Source: Methanosphaerula palustris E1-9c
GTDB lineage: Archaea; Halobacteriota; Methanomicrobia; Methanomicrobiales; Methanospirillaceae
Direction: 5' to 3'
NCBI RefSeq assembly: GCF_000021965.1
Contig: NC_011832.1
Location: forward strand, 1,993,242-2,025,241
Length of the DNA: 32,000 nt
The position numbers and the translations under genes are program-made. Below, in pieces: positions 1 through 8,443 of this stretch (the stretch's first letter is position 1; every line of letters begins with the position of its first letter). The notes under the pieces were generated by a model that ran no database searches, was not told the DNA's origin, and saw only the letters and a program-made list of their open reading frames with translations.

Positions 1-760
1 CGATCGTTGTAACGGGCGTAGGAGCCAGGGTAGAGGAGGGTAAGAGGGGAACCAGGGCATTATACCAGCGCTGTGCTATCTTCCGCTCGCCACTCTCATT
101 GGGCAGGATACTGCCCGCCTGATTATCGGTGGTACCATCGTACCCGGTCGTGAGATCCACCAGCGTAACCGGAGAGCTGGATGTATTCTGGGCAGCGGCC
201 ACTACAGCAAGACCATCATTGATCGTCTGGACACTCTGACGGTACACGGTCGATGGTGGAACAGTGCCGACCAGAATCTTAACCGACGGGTTCCGGGTCC
301 TGAGCTGGTTGACGATCAGGGCAACATTCTGCAGGGTCTGGTTCAGCGGAACCCCTGCCACCTGATCTTCACTACCGAGTGAGAGCAGGACGATATCAGG
401 TGAGTATGACGAGAGCCAGGTGGTCAGGTTTCCACTCGCCGAGTCAGAACGGTTCCCGTTCAAAATCATATCAGTGGTATACCCGGCATGTCCCTCATGA
501 TCCTGGTCAAACTGATAGGTAAAGTTTGAACGGGCACTTCCGACATAATCGATCTGATAACCTGCAGAGACCAGCCCGTTCCAGAGCCAGTACCGATAGG
601 TCGGATGAGATGCCTGGTCTGGGGTCAGATTTGACCCCTGCGTCAACGAATCACCGAGCGGCATGATCTTTACAGGCGTACCTGCACCTGCCGCCCCTAC
701 GAGCATCATGCAGAGGATCAACCCTGCAATGAGACATACAAGAGAGTGTCTGTGGTTCAT
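1..760 (-). CDS. Exported SGNH/GDSL-family hydrolase-like protein (partial; C-terminus runs off the window start)
   Basis: Absent from the ORF track because it is cut by the window edge. Manual minus-strand translation from the ATG at 760-758 gives MNHRHSLVCLIAGLILCMMLVGAAGAGTPVKIMPLGDSLTQG... This has a signal peptide and GDS block I, then HEGHAGY and LSLGSEDQ, and stays open to position 1. Confidence 0.75.
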   Translation of the reverse strand, partial: MNHRHSLVCLIAGLILCMMLVGAAGAGTPVKIMPLGDSLTQGSNLTPDQASHPTYRYWLWNGLVSAGYQIDYVGSARSNFTYQFDQDHEGHAGYTTDMILNGNRSDSASGNLTTWLSSYSPDIVLLSLGSEDQVAGVPLNQTLQNVALIVNQLRTRNPSVKILVGTVPPSTVYRQSVQTINDGLAVVAAAQNTSSSPVTLVDLTTGYDGTTDNQAGSILPNESGERKIAQRWYNALVPLLPSSTLAPTPVTTI

Positions 761-1129
761 ATCATTCTCTTCCCTTGAATTAGGCATACAGATGTTGACC
801 CGAGAGGTAAAGAGGTTGCCCGGAGAGATCCCGATTTGGTGAGGTCGCTCGGAAGGGGCAGAATTAACAAAATAATTGAACTGGGCCCGGATTTCATATT
901 TAACTATAATTATTAGGTATTTACATAAAATCGGGCTATGCGCGGGTGCAGAGAGACTATTCCGGTGCGCAGATAGGAAAAGAAAGAAGTTCACCCTACT
1001 CCGTCAGTTCAATGATCAGGGACCTGCGTCGACAACCGGAGTTGAACTCCATCTCTCAGGTGCCTCTACCAGGGATAATACATGGTTCTGTTATCGTGAT
1101 CTCTCCAGATTTCTGACAGTCAGAGAGCC

Positions 1130-1137
1130 AAAAAAAA
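1130..1137 (-). terminator. Oligo-T (T8 on the minus strand) archaeal-type terminator downstream of pdaD
   Basis: An A8 run on the plus strand lies 28 nt past the pdaD stop (TGA at 1167-1165). Archaeal RNAP terminates at oligo-T tracts. Confidence 0.5.
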
Positions 1138-1164
1138 GGGGGTATGAATGAAAAAATCGAGGTA

Positions 1165-1707
1165 TCACTGAAAAACTGCGACTGCGATGACGGTTGTCCA
1201 GAGCCCGTTCTTCTCACCCTGAGCGGTCTGGCAGATCTGTTTGGTCTCGATGATCTTGCCGGACGCTTTATAGATCTGTTCCCGCTCCTGCCAGGCCCGG
1301 TTTGGATCGAACTCGATCCCAAGGGTGGTGGCCAGCATCGTTGCAGCCAGATCCTCGGCATATTCCCCGGAGATCGCTGCAGACTCTCCGAAGGCATGAT
1401 GTTCGGAGAGGTACCCGTATTCGTCGGCGTCCTTGGGGAGAGCCAGACCGATCGCGGCAGAGACCAGTCTATTCGGCTCGTTGGTCTCGTTCCTGGCCAT
1501 CACGCAGTAGACGATTTCACCTGCCTGCAGCATTTCAAGCCCTTCTCCACAGGGGATCTCCGTACAGTACGGTGGGAAGATACTCGAGACATAGACCAGA
1601 TTACACCGCTCGATCCCGGCCTTCCGGAGGGCCAGTTCAAAGGACGCAAGTCGATCTTTGTGCACCCCCACCCCTTTGGTGAAGAAGATCTTTGTTGGAA
1701 CAACCAT
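1165..1707 (-). CDS. pdaD: Pyruvoyl-dependent arginine decarboxylase
   Basis: The 180-aa ORF starts [33 protein letters not shown]...YVSSIFPP. N-terminus and length are typical of the PdaD family. Confidence 0.9.
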   Translation of the reverse strand: MVVPTKIFFTKGVGVHKDRLASFELALRKAGIERCNLVYVSSIFPPYCTEIPCGEGLEMLQAGEIVYCVMARNETNEPNRLVSAAIGLALPKDADEYGYLSEHHAFGESAAISGEYAEDLAATMLATTLGIEFDPNRAWQEREQIYKASGKIIETKQICQTAQGEKNGLWTTVIAVAVFQ

Positions 1708-1796
1708 GCAATTTTATCTGCATTCTGGCGGTTTAATTATTGCCTTTAAGGGAACCCATAAACCCCCCACGAAGCCTTCAAGATCATCTCATTTAA

Positions 1797-3152
1797 GTGG
1801 TAAAGGATACACCACCGTATATGGATGTTGAAGAATTTGTCAGACGCAGAGTAGATCAGGGTCTTGATAGAGCAGCAATCACTGCTGCTCTTCAGCGTCA
1901 TATCATGGAGATCAAAGGGGTGGACCAGCCCTATGCAGAAGCCTTTGCAAAAGCCGTCGTGACCGAAGTGGAGCAGACCTGCGGCCTTCAGGGCGATCTC
2001 TTCACCTTCGCCCCTGCCGGCGTCACCATGGGAGAGTTCGGTGTCGGGTCGCGGGGGTCAGGCGACTTCTTTGCACATAGACAGCTGGCGCGGATCATCG
2101 GCAGTACCTCGGCATCGGTCGGTGTCGACGAGATGGACGACGCCGGGGCGGTCACGGCCGATGGAAAGTATATCATCTGCACCGTCGATGGCATGCACTC
2201 GCGCCTTTCTGACTTTCCGTTCCTGGCCGGGTTTCACGTGACCAGGGCCACACTTCGGGATGTCTACGTGATGGGGGCCCGACCGGTCGCCCTCTTCTCA
2301 GACATCCATGTGGCCGATGACGGGGATGTGGCAAAGATCTTCGACTACACCGCAGGCATCACCTCGGTCGGTGAAGCGATGGACGTTCCGCTGGTCACCG
2401 GTTCGACGCTCCGGATTGGGGGTGACATGGTCCTCGGATCCAGGATGACCGGTTGCGTCGGCGCTGTCGGGGTCGCTGAACACCTGACCGCACGAAAGGC
2501 GACGGCACCAGGGGATCTGCTGTTGATGACCGAAGGAGCGGGTGGAGGTACGATCGCCACCGCCGCCCTCTATTCCGGCTTCCCCGAGGTGGTCGAGGAG
2601 ACGATCAACCTCAACTTCCTGCAGGCTTCGGAGGCCATGATCAGATCCCCGGTCCTGCAGAGTGTGCACGCGATGACCGATGTCACCAATGGCGGACTCC
2701 GTGGGGATGTCTACGAGATTGCAGAGACCGCCGGTTGCCGGATCGTCGTCGACGGAGATAAAACCAAAGATCTGGTCGAACCGCATGTCAGGGGGATGCT
2801 CGATGCACTCCAGATCGACTACCTCGGTGTCTCCCTCGATGCACTGCTGATCATCGCCCCGCCCGAGGCCGCCCCTGAGATCAGCCGGGTGATCCGGAAC
2901 GCCGGCGTCAGAATTGCAGAAATCGGTCATGTCGAGAAAGGACCGGCCTCATCGGTGCTGATGATCGATGGAAAAGAGCATGGTTTTGATCCGATGTTCA
3001 GGGAATCTGCATACACACCCTTGAAGAAGGTCGTCGACCGCCCGGGACGGGATGTCGAAGAGATGCAGGAGGCGGTGCGGCAGGCAGCCACCGCAGCAAT
3101 GGAGAAGAAGGAACGGGTGCTCGGACGGTTGCTCAAACCATCCGCCCCCTAA
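1797..3152 (+). CDS. AIR synthase-related protein (PurM/HypE/ThiL superfamily), function unknown
   Basis: The 451-aa ORF has PurM-like N- and C-domains (DDAGAV..., GMHSRLSDFP, VTNGGLRGD). The called start is GTG at 1797. ATG at 1821 (MDVEEF...) sits about 28 nt after a CATTTAAG box and is an equally plausible leaderless start. Confidence 0.75.
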   Translation: MVKDTPPYMDVEEFVRRRVDQGLDRAAITAALQRHIMEIKGVDQPYAEAFAKAVVTEVEQTCGLQGDLFTFAPAGVTMGEFGVGSRGSGDFFAHRQLARIIGSTSASVGVDEMDDAGAVTADGKYIICTVDGMHSRLSDFPFLAGFHVTRATLRDVYVMGARPVALFSDIHVADDGDVAKIFDYTAGITSVGEAMDVPLVTGSTLRIGGDMVLGSRMTGCVGAVGVAEHLTARKATAPGDLLLMTEGAGGGTIATAALYSGFPEVVEETINLNFLQASEAMIRSPVLQSVHAMTDVTNGGLRGDVYEIAETAGCRIVVDGDKTKDLVEPHVRGMLDALQIDYLGVSLDALLIIAPPEAAPEISRVIRNAGVRIAEIGHVEKGPASSVLMIDGKEHGFDPMFRESAYTPLKKVVDRPGRDVEEMQEAVRQAATAAMEKKERVLGRLLKPSAP

Positions 3153-3156
3153 TGGA

Positions 3157-3879
3157 TCACTCTTTTTTCCCTTTTACACAGATATTATAGGCAAAACACG
3201 GGAGTCTGCGCTCAACGAACGGCTCGATCTTCTTGGCGATATCGAAGACCGGTTCGACGAGGTTCAGATGTGCAAAGGAGCACCGCTTCACCTGCACACC
3301 GGTGAATCCAGCCTCTGAAAAGAGCTTCCGCATCTCCTTCTCGTTATAATAGTGTTCACCGAAATCGCCCATGCCGACCTGCTGGATCTTCATGGCCTCG
3401 CCGATATGGTGGATCGCCGGGAGGCCGGCAGTCAGCAGGTTTTTACCGAGGGTGCAGACCGAGATGGTACCCCCGGGCTTGAGGACACGGTATGCCTCCG
3501 ACAACATTCTGCCGGGCTCTGTGAGATAACTGAAGGCGAGCAGGCTTGCAACCGCATCAAAGGTGCTGTCCTTGAACGGAAGTACGTCCCCGTCGCCAAC
3601 GGTGAAGTCACTGTCAGGGCAGCGCTCTACCGCTTTCTCGATCATCCCGCTGCTGATGTCGAGCCCGACGGCTGTCCCGCCTTTTTCGGTGTAACGATTG
3701 ACAAACAGCCCGGTCCCGCAGCCAATGTCGAGAAGGTACCCCCCCTGAACCAGCCCATTCATCACATGTTGAGAGATATGCGCATGGTAGCATCTCCCCC
3801 GCCGGTAATCATACCTGCGGTCATATACCTCGGCCATCTCATCATAATGGCGCTGTACCTTGATCTCATCTCCAATCAT
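3157..3879 (-). CDS. Class I SAM-dependent methyltransferase (Methyltransf_11-like)
   Basis: The 240-aa ORF has SAM motif I LLDIGCGTGLF, post-I GLDIS and motif II-like LKPGGTI. Its ATG overlaps the upstream RFC-like stop (ATGA at 3879-3876). Confidence 0.8.
   Translation of the reverse strand: MIGDEIKVQRHYDEMAEVYDRRYDYRRGRCYHAHISQHVMNGLVQGGYLLDIGCGTGLFVNRYTEKGGTAVGLDISSGMIEKAVERCPDSDFTVGDGDVLPFKDSTFDAVASLLAFSYLTEPGRMLSEAYRVLKPGGTISVCTLGKNLLTAGLPAIHHIGEAMKIQQVGMGDFGEHYYNEKEMRKLFSEAGFTGVQVKRCSFAHLNLVEPVFDIAKKIEPFVERRLPCFAYNICVKGKKE
3163..3175 (+). terminator. Oligo-T tract (T6 + T4) 11 nt after the stop of the PurM-like gene
   Basis: The sequence is taatggatcactcTTTTTTcccTTTT. The tract lies inside the last codons (KGKKE) of the convergent methyltransferase gene. 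Confidence 0.4.
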
Positions 3880-4874
3880 GCAAAACCTTCCTGTGCAATT
3901 CTCATCAGCAACGCATTGAGCTGAACGAACTCGTTGTTGCAGTGACCGAGTCGGTGATCTGTATCAGCGAGTGCACGCACGATCGCCGGTGCATTGTACT
4001 CCCGGTGGACGACCTCGCTCAGCGCCGAGATGACCTCCTTTCCTGATAAACCATAATCGATCAGCAGCGATTCCACCATCCGGATCGCCTGGGCCGTCTC
4101 CTGGGCCTGCAGGGCATTGAAGACAGCCAGCGCAACGGTCGAGGTCTCCGACCGGGCCGCAGCAATCTCGCTCACCGACTGATCAGTGGTGACGGCGACC
4201 TGCAACATCATGATCGCCCGCCGCAGGTCGCCCCGTGCGGCCTGTATGATCAGGTCCAGATCCTCGTCAGTCACTGGAGGCCGATCTCCTGCCACCCCTG
4301 CCAGGACTTCACGTAACCGGTCTTCGATCACCTGATTCGCAATCGGGCCGAAGAAAAGGGGCAGACAGCGGGACGCTATCGCCGGGATGATCGCGCTCTG
4401 GTTCTGCGCACAGAGGATGAACCGGCAGGTCCCCGAGAACTGCTCCATGATCCTGCGGAGGGCCTGCTGTGCTTCCCGCGTCAGGGCGCCGGCATCCTCA
4501 AAGACCATCAGTTTGAACGGGGCATCGAGCGGCCGTATCGACGCATACCACCTGACGATGTACTTGAAGTTCGCAATCAGCGAGAGATCCTTCTGGTAGA
4601 TGTGCGCATACCGCTCGTCAGCCTCCAGGTATGCCTTCCCCTGTTCGAAGAGGTCGCCGGTCTGAAAGATACTGGTGTTCTCCTCCCAGTGATCGTGATA
4701 GAGCACCTTCGCGAACGCTTCGATGGCGGCCGTCTTCCCGGTGCCATGCGGGCCGGAGATGAGCAGATGGGGGACATTCCCCGATGCTGCAAAAGAGGAG
4801 AGGGATGCTACCACCGAATCCTGCCCCAGTATCTCCCCAAGCACCGCCGGCCGGTATGTTTCAATCCAGAGCAT
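3876..4874 (-). CDS. Replication factor C small-subunit paralog (divergent, RFCS2-like)
   Basis: The 332-aa ORF starts WIETYRP and carries P-loop GPHGTGKT, SRC motif IASRCLPLFF and sensor-2 GDLRRAI. Walker B reads VFEDAG instead of LDEAD, and an insertion of about 45 aa follows the P-loop helix. Confidence 0.8.
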   Translation of the reverse strand: MLWIETYRPAVLGEILGQDSVVASLSSFAASGNVPHLLISGPHGTGKTAAIEAFAKVLYHDHWEENTSIFQTGDLFEQGKAYLEADERYAHIYQKDLSLIANFKYIVRWYASIRPLDAPFKLMVFEDAGALTREAQQALRRIMEQFSGTCRFILCAQNQSAIIPAIASRCLPLFFGPIANQVIEDRLREVLAGVAGDRPPVTDEDLDLIIQAARGDLRRAIMMLQVAVTTDQSVSEIAAARSETSTVALAVFNALQAQETAQAIRMVESLLIDYGLSGKEVISALSEVVHREYNAPAIVRALADTDHRLGHCNNEFVQLNALLMRIAQEGFA

Positions 4875-5592
4875 GTATCAGCCTCGTCGCTATCTCAGAT
4901 ATTGCGGTTTGTAAAAGATAATGGTTATCGAGGTGCCTGATCAGCCCGGCTGCTTCGTCATCGGTCAGATCGGAGAGGGCGGCCGTCACCGCCGGCAATG
5001 CCCGGGTCACCTCGTCCACGATCGTCAGGGTCGCAGTCCGAGCTGTACGGGAGAGCGGGTTTAAGTCGACGGTGATCACCTGCTTCCCCATCGCGATCAG
5101 CGCCTCGCACCGGTCCCCGTCCTCAAGGGGCACCAGCACGAGATCGGCGCTGCCGATCCCCTCGTTCAGAGACCAGGCCCGGTCATGGGAGAGAGGGATC
5201 AACCGTTCCGCGGTGCCGGTCAGCACATCCACATCGTGTTCCAAAAGGAGTGCCGTGATCTTCTTCATCCGCTCCTCGGTCCGGTGGAAGAGGTTCACCT
5301 CGACCTGCGCATGGCTCGCCTGCTGAAGGGCGGCAATCTCGTCGGCTGCCAGCGCAGCCGTGTTCCCGTTCACCGAGATCACCGGATGGCGGGCAGCCCG
5401 TATCATCGCGGCGGCAGTCCGCTCAGCAGTTCTGGCGCTGGGCATGGTCACCTCCCCGATCAGGTAGTCGAACGCTTCACCTCTGCCGTGGGAGGTGAGC
5501 CCCTCGAGGGAGACGACACCGTCCCTGGCGGCCTCAGCCAGCCTCTCGCGAACGACGAGAGAGCGGTACCGTGGATGGTCTTGTGGAATCAT
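4861..5592 (-). CDS. 4-phosphopantoate--beta-alanine ligase (archaeal phosphopantothenate synthetase, PPS)
   Basis: The 243-aa ORF has IPQDHPRYRSLVVRERL...HGRGEAFDYLIGE, characteristic of the COG1701/DUF137 family. It is adjacent to PoK and CoaBC. Confidence 0.85.
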   Translation of the reverse strand: MIPQDHPRYRSLVVRERLAEAARDGVVSLEGLTSHGRGEAFDYLIGEVTMPSARTAERTAAAMIRAARHPVISVNGNTAALAADEIAALQQASHAQVEVNLFHRTEERMKKITALLLEHDVDVLTGTAERLIPLSHDRAWSLNEGIGSADLVLVPLEDGDRCEALIAMGKQVITVDLNPLSRTARTATLTIVDEVTRALPAVTAALSDLTDDEAAGLIRHLDNHYLLQTAISEIATRLIHALD

Positions 5593-6455
5593 GATACATG
5601 CTCCTGGATTGAAAATCCACCTGATGCGATCTCCAGGTGAAATGGTTCGCCGACTGCCGATAGAACCTCGACCGCCGAATCCCCGAGGGCAAAGACACCG
5701 TTGCCGAGCATCGTCATCGACGCAGGGACCCCGGCGCGATCGCAGAGCGAGAGGGCATGCCTGACCTCAGGGGTGATCAGCCCGGAGTGCTCGGCAAACT
5801 GGCGGGAGAGGTGAAAGAAATCGACGAGCGAGTCCGGACACCGGGCGGGAAAGGCGGCCTCCACGGCGGCCATTGCCGGCCCTGACTTAAGGACGGCCGG
5901 GGTCGGCAGGGGGCCGAACGTGACTGCACAGAGCGAGCCGGCCATCAGATCCTGGAGGCGGGTTATCGTTCCATCCGGCCCCGGCCCTTCCCTGCAGACC
6001 AGGCCTCCACCCTGACAGGCGGCGACATCCCCAAGCCCGGTCTGGTGGACGATCTCGGCTTCATGGGCAAGAGCCGTAACCTGATGGGTTGAGAGGCCGA
6101 GGTCATAGAGGACGTTCAGTGCCGCCGTGGCCGAGAGAAGAGCCGCGGCTGAAAGACCAAAACCGGCGCCAATTGGGAAGGTGCAGACCGTTGTGACAGC
6201 GGCGGTGACCTCGAGACGGTCCATCACATAGGCAATGGGCGGCGACGCGGTCAGAACCGTGCTGCATGAACCTGCCCGGTCCACCTCCCTGACCTGCACC
6301 TGTGGTTGATCAGCGGGTACTACCGTTGCTTCGACCCCGGCACTGATCACAATCCCTGCACCGATAGAGCCGGTGGTCTGAACGCTCGTCCCCTTCACAC
6401 GCCGGAAGTAGCCCGAGATATGTCCAGGACAGAAGGCTACGGCACGGTCGACCAT
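5589..6455 (-). CDS. Pantoate kinase (PoK; GHMP-kinase superfamily)
   Basis: The 288-aa ORF has an N-terminal FCPGHISGYF and GHMP-like glycine-rich segments (PIGAGFGLSAAA). It lies between CoaBC and PPS and has a 4-nt overlap with PPS. Confidence 0.8.
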   Translation of the reverse strand: MVDRAVAFCPGHISGYFRRVKGTSVQTTGSIGAGIVISAGVEATVVPADQPQVQVREVDRAGSCSTVLTASPPIAYVMDRLEVTAAVTTVCTFPIGAGFGLSAAALLSATAALNVLYDLGLSTHQVTALAHEAEIVHQTGLGDVAACQGGGLVCREGPGPDGTITRLQDLMAGSLCAVTFGPLPTPAVLKSGPAMAAVEAAFPARCPDSLVDFFHLSRQFAEHSGLITPEVRHALSLCDRAGVPASMTMLGNGVFALGDSAVEVLSAVGEPFHLEIASGGFSIQEHVS

Positions 6456-7576
6456 ATGGCCGCTGCCACCTCCTCCTTGCTCCCCGAAACGGTCCTTGTC
6501 TGATCCAGGGAGACCAGTCCGAAGGTACCTGACCCGGTTCCCATCTCGTCGGGAGTGTTGGTCACCACCAGCGAAGCCCCTGCCTCAAGCAGGGCCGAGG
6601 CGGCGGCCCCGGTCTCCCAGCCTAGTTTGAAGGCGACCACCGACGGCCTGGCCGGATGGGCGAGCACGGCATCGATCACCTTACCGAGCGGGGCGAGCTC
6701 GATCCGGCAGGGGGTTCCGCTCGGAATCTTTCCCGACTGCCGGACCGGCTGGAAGTCTGACACCGCCGCGGCACTCAAATAATAGTCCGCACCCTCCTCA
6801 TCGAGCACCTGCATCACCTGCTCCCGCATCGAAGCGGCAGTATCGCTGTACAGGTTCCGAACACACGGGAACCGGTCCAGGTGCACCACGGTCACCTCAG
6901 CCCCACGCCGGAACGCCTCAAGGGCCAGGGCCCTGCCCATCTGCCCGGTCGACCGGGTGGTCAGCACCCGGACATCGTCGACCGGTTCTCTGCAGGGTCC
7001 GCTCGTGATCAGTACTCGTCGGCCGGCGAGCGATCCTCCCCAGAGCGCCCGTTCAACATAGAGGACGATCTCCTCGATACCAGCGATCTTCGCCTTCCCT
7101 TCCTCAATGCGTGGCGGGACGACATCGATACCCCAGGAACGGAGGGTCTCGAGGTTCGCAAGGACGGCTGCATGGCGGTACATGCTCTGGTGCATCGCGG
7201 GAACCACAACGACCGGCATCCCGCTTCCAAGGGCCGTCGTGGCGCAGGTGGTGACCGGAGTGTCGTCGATACCTACCGCGATCTTGCTGATCGTGTTGGC
7301 CGTGCAGGGAGCGATCAGCAGCAGGTCGGCGGTCCGGTCGTCCCCGCAGTAGGTCACATGCTCGACGAGCCCGGTCAGCCGCGTCAGCGTCGGCCGGCCA
7401 GTCGCATAGGTCAGGGCATCGGGATGAATGATCTGCTGCGCTGCAGCAGACATCACCGCCTGCACCCCGGCTCCTGCCCGACGGAGGGCGTGAACCAATC
7501 TGACCGTCTCGACGGCGGCGATCGAACCGGTCACCGCGATTAGAATCTCCTTTCCCAGAAGGGGCTGCCAGGTCAT
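6437..7576 (-). CDS. coaBC: Bifunctional phosphopantothenoylcysteine decarboxylase / phosphopantothenate--cysteine ligase
   Basis: The 379-aa ORF has an N-terminal flavoprotein domain (ILIAVTGSIAAVE..., PAMHQSMY) and a C-terminal DFP/CoaB domain (VLITSGPCREPVDDVRVLTTRSTGQMG, AAAVSDF). Confidence 0.9.
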   Translation of the reverse strand: MTWQPLLGKEILIAVTGSIAAVETVRLVHALRRAGAGVQAVMSAAAQQIIHPDALTYATGRPTLTRLTGLVEHVTYCGDDRTADLLLIAPCTANTISKIAVGIDDTPVTTCATTALGSGMPVVVVPAMHQSMYRHAAVLANLETLRSWGIDVVPPRIEEGKAKIAGIEEIVLYVERALWGGSLAGRRVLITSGPCREPVDDVRVLTTRSTGQMGRALALEAFRRGAEVTVVHLDRFPCVRNLYSDTAASMREQVMQVLDEEGADYYLSAAAVSDFQPVRQSGKIPSGTPCRIELAPLGKVIDAVLAHPARPSVVAFKLGWETGAAASALLEAGASLVVTNTPDEMGTGSGTFGLVSLDQTRTVSGSKEEVAAAIWSTVP

Positions 7577-8439
7577 CCGAGCACCACGTCCTGCACCAGA
7601 TGCACTCGACAGGGCCCGTACTTCTTGACGACCCGCACACTGACCTCGGCAGAAAATCCTGCCTCCGCGGCCAGAGTCAGTACCTGATCCGACTGATCCT
7701 CCAGGGCATGGAGGTGGATGACACTCCCTGTTCTGGCATGAGCCAGCGCAGCTCCAAACATGGTTATCCCTTCAAAATGGCCGATCAGCAGCCGGTCATA
7801 GACCCCGCTGATCAGAGTCCGGCAATCCCCCAGGAACCCGCGAACGCTCCCTTCAAGCCGGTTTTCACGGATATTTCTGAGCAGGTACCGGTACGAGACC
7901 GGGTTCAGTTCAAACGCGTCGACCGTCGCCCCGGCCCGCCCGAGCGGCACACTGAAGTATCCGATCCCAGCACACATATCGGCGACCCGTTCTCCGGGGC
8001 TGACGGCAGCGGAGAGCCGGGCCTTCTCAGCACGGTTTCCCTGCGAGAACATCACCTGCTGCGGGTCGAGCCAGTACCGGGATCCGTTCTCCCGGTGAAG
8101 CACCTCGCCGGCCTCGCCATAGAGCAGGGTCGTCTCCGGGATTCGCATCACCCCCAGATGGGTGCGGGTCCAGAGCACCCCCCGGGGATGACACCGCCGG
8201 ATCGCCCCGTCCACTTCAGCCTCTGACGGCCGGTCACCGTGAAAGATCAGCAGGTCGCCGAGGCGCTGGTACCCCCGCGGGTCGCCGGCTCGTTCCGGCA
8301 GGTCCTCGTCCCAGGCGCAACCATCCCTGACCGGCACCCAGGCATACCCGTCCTGCACATACGGACGACGGGTCTGATCGACCCATGACTCCACCGCGAT
8401 GCTACCCAGTTCTGAACTGCTGACCTTCCTCGCTTTCAT
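7573..8439 (-). CDS. Met-10+/Trm5-Taw2 family tRNA modification enzyme (Taw2-like)
   Basis: Family motifs are MFSQGNRAEKARL, VADMCAGIGYFSVPL and a DRLLIGHF...IHLH tail resembling Taw2. The ORF is open to 8475. I place the start at ATG 8439 (MKARK...), which has GGTGA 5 nt upstream and removes a 32-nt overlap with NMD3. Confidence 0.7.
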   Translation of the reverse strand: MKARKVSSSELGSIAVESWVDQTRRPYVQDGYAWVPVRDGCAWDEDLPERAGDPRGYQRLGDLLIFHGDRPSEAEVDGAIRRCHPRGVLWTRTHLGVMRIPETTLLYGEAGEVLHRENGSRYWLDPQQVMFSQGNRAEKARLSAAVSPGERVADMCAGIGYFSVPLGRAGATVDAFELNPVSYRYLLRNIRENRLEGSVRGFLGDCRTLISGVYDRLLIGHFEGITMFGAALAHARTGSVIHLHALEDQSDQVLTLAAEAGFSAEVSVRVVKKYGPCRVHLVQDVVLG

Positions 8440-8443
8440 CGTC

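Noticed and set aside
876-1151. 91-aa ORF in the pdaD-hydrolase spacer, and a T-arm-like hairpin GGAGTTGAACTCC (1039-1051) that might have hinted at a tRNA
   Set aside because: The ORF starts inside an AT-rich promoter-like block and has odd composition. The hairpin has a 5-nt loop, and no acceptor, D or anticodon arms can be built around it.
1144-1749. 201-aa plus-strand ORF (and 1302-1682, 1500-1703) overlapping pdaD
   Set aside because: It is antisense to a clearly conserved PdaD gene. The Arg/Pro/Gly-rich, low-complexity translation is typical of shadow ORFs in high-GC DNA.
2298-2930. 210-aa minus-strand ORF inside the PurM-like gene
   Set aside because: It is a shadow ORF with no motifs, fully contained in a gene with clear family signatures.
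6881-7640. 220-aa (+) and 178-aa (-) ORFs overlapping coaBC
   Set aside because: These are out-of-frame or antisense to CoaBC. Their Arg/Gly/Asp-rich composition is not protein-like.
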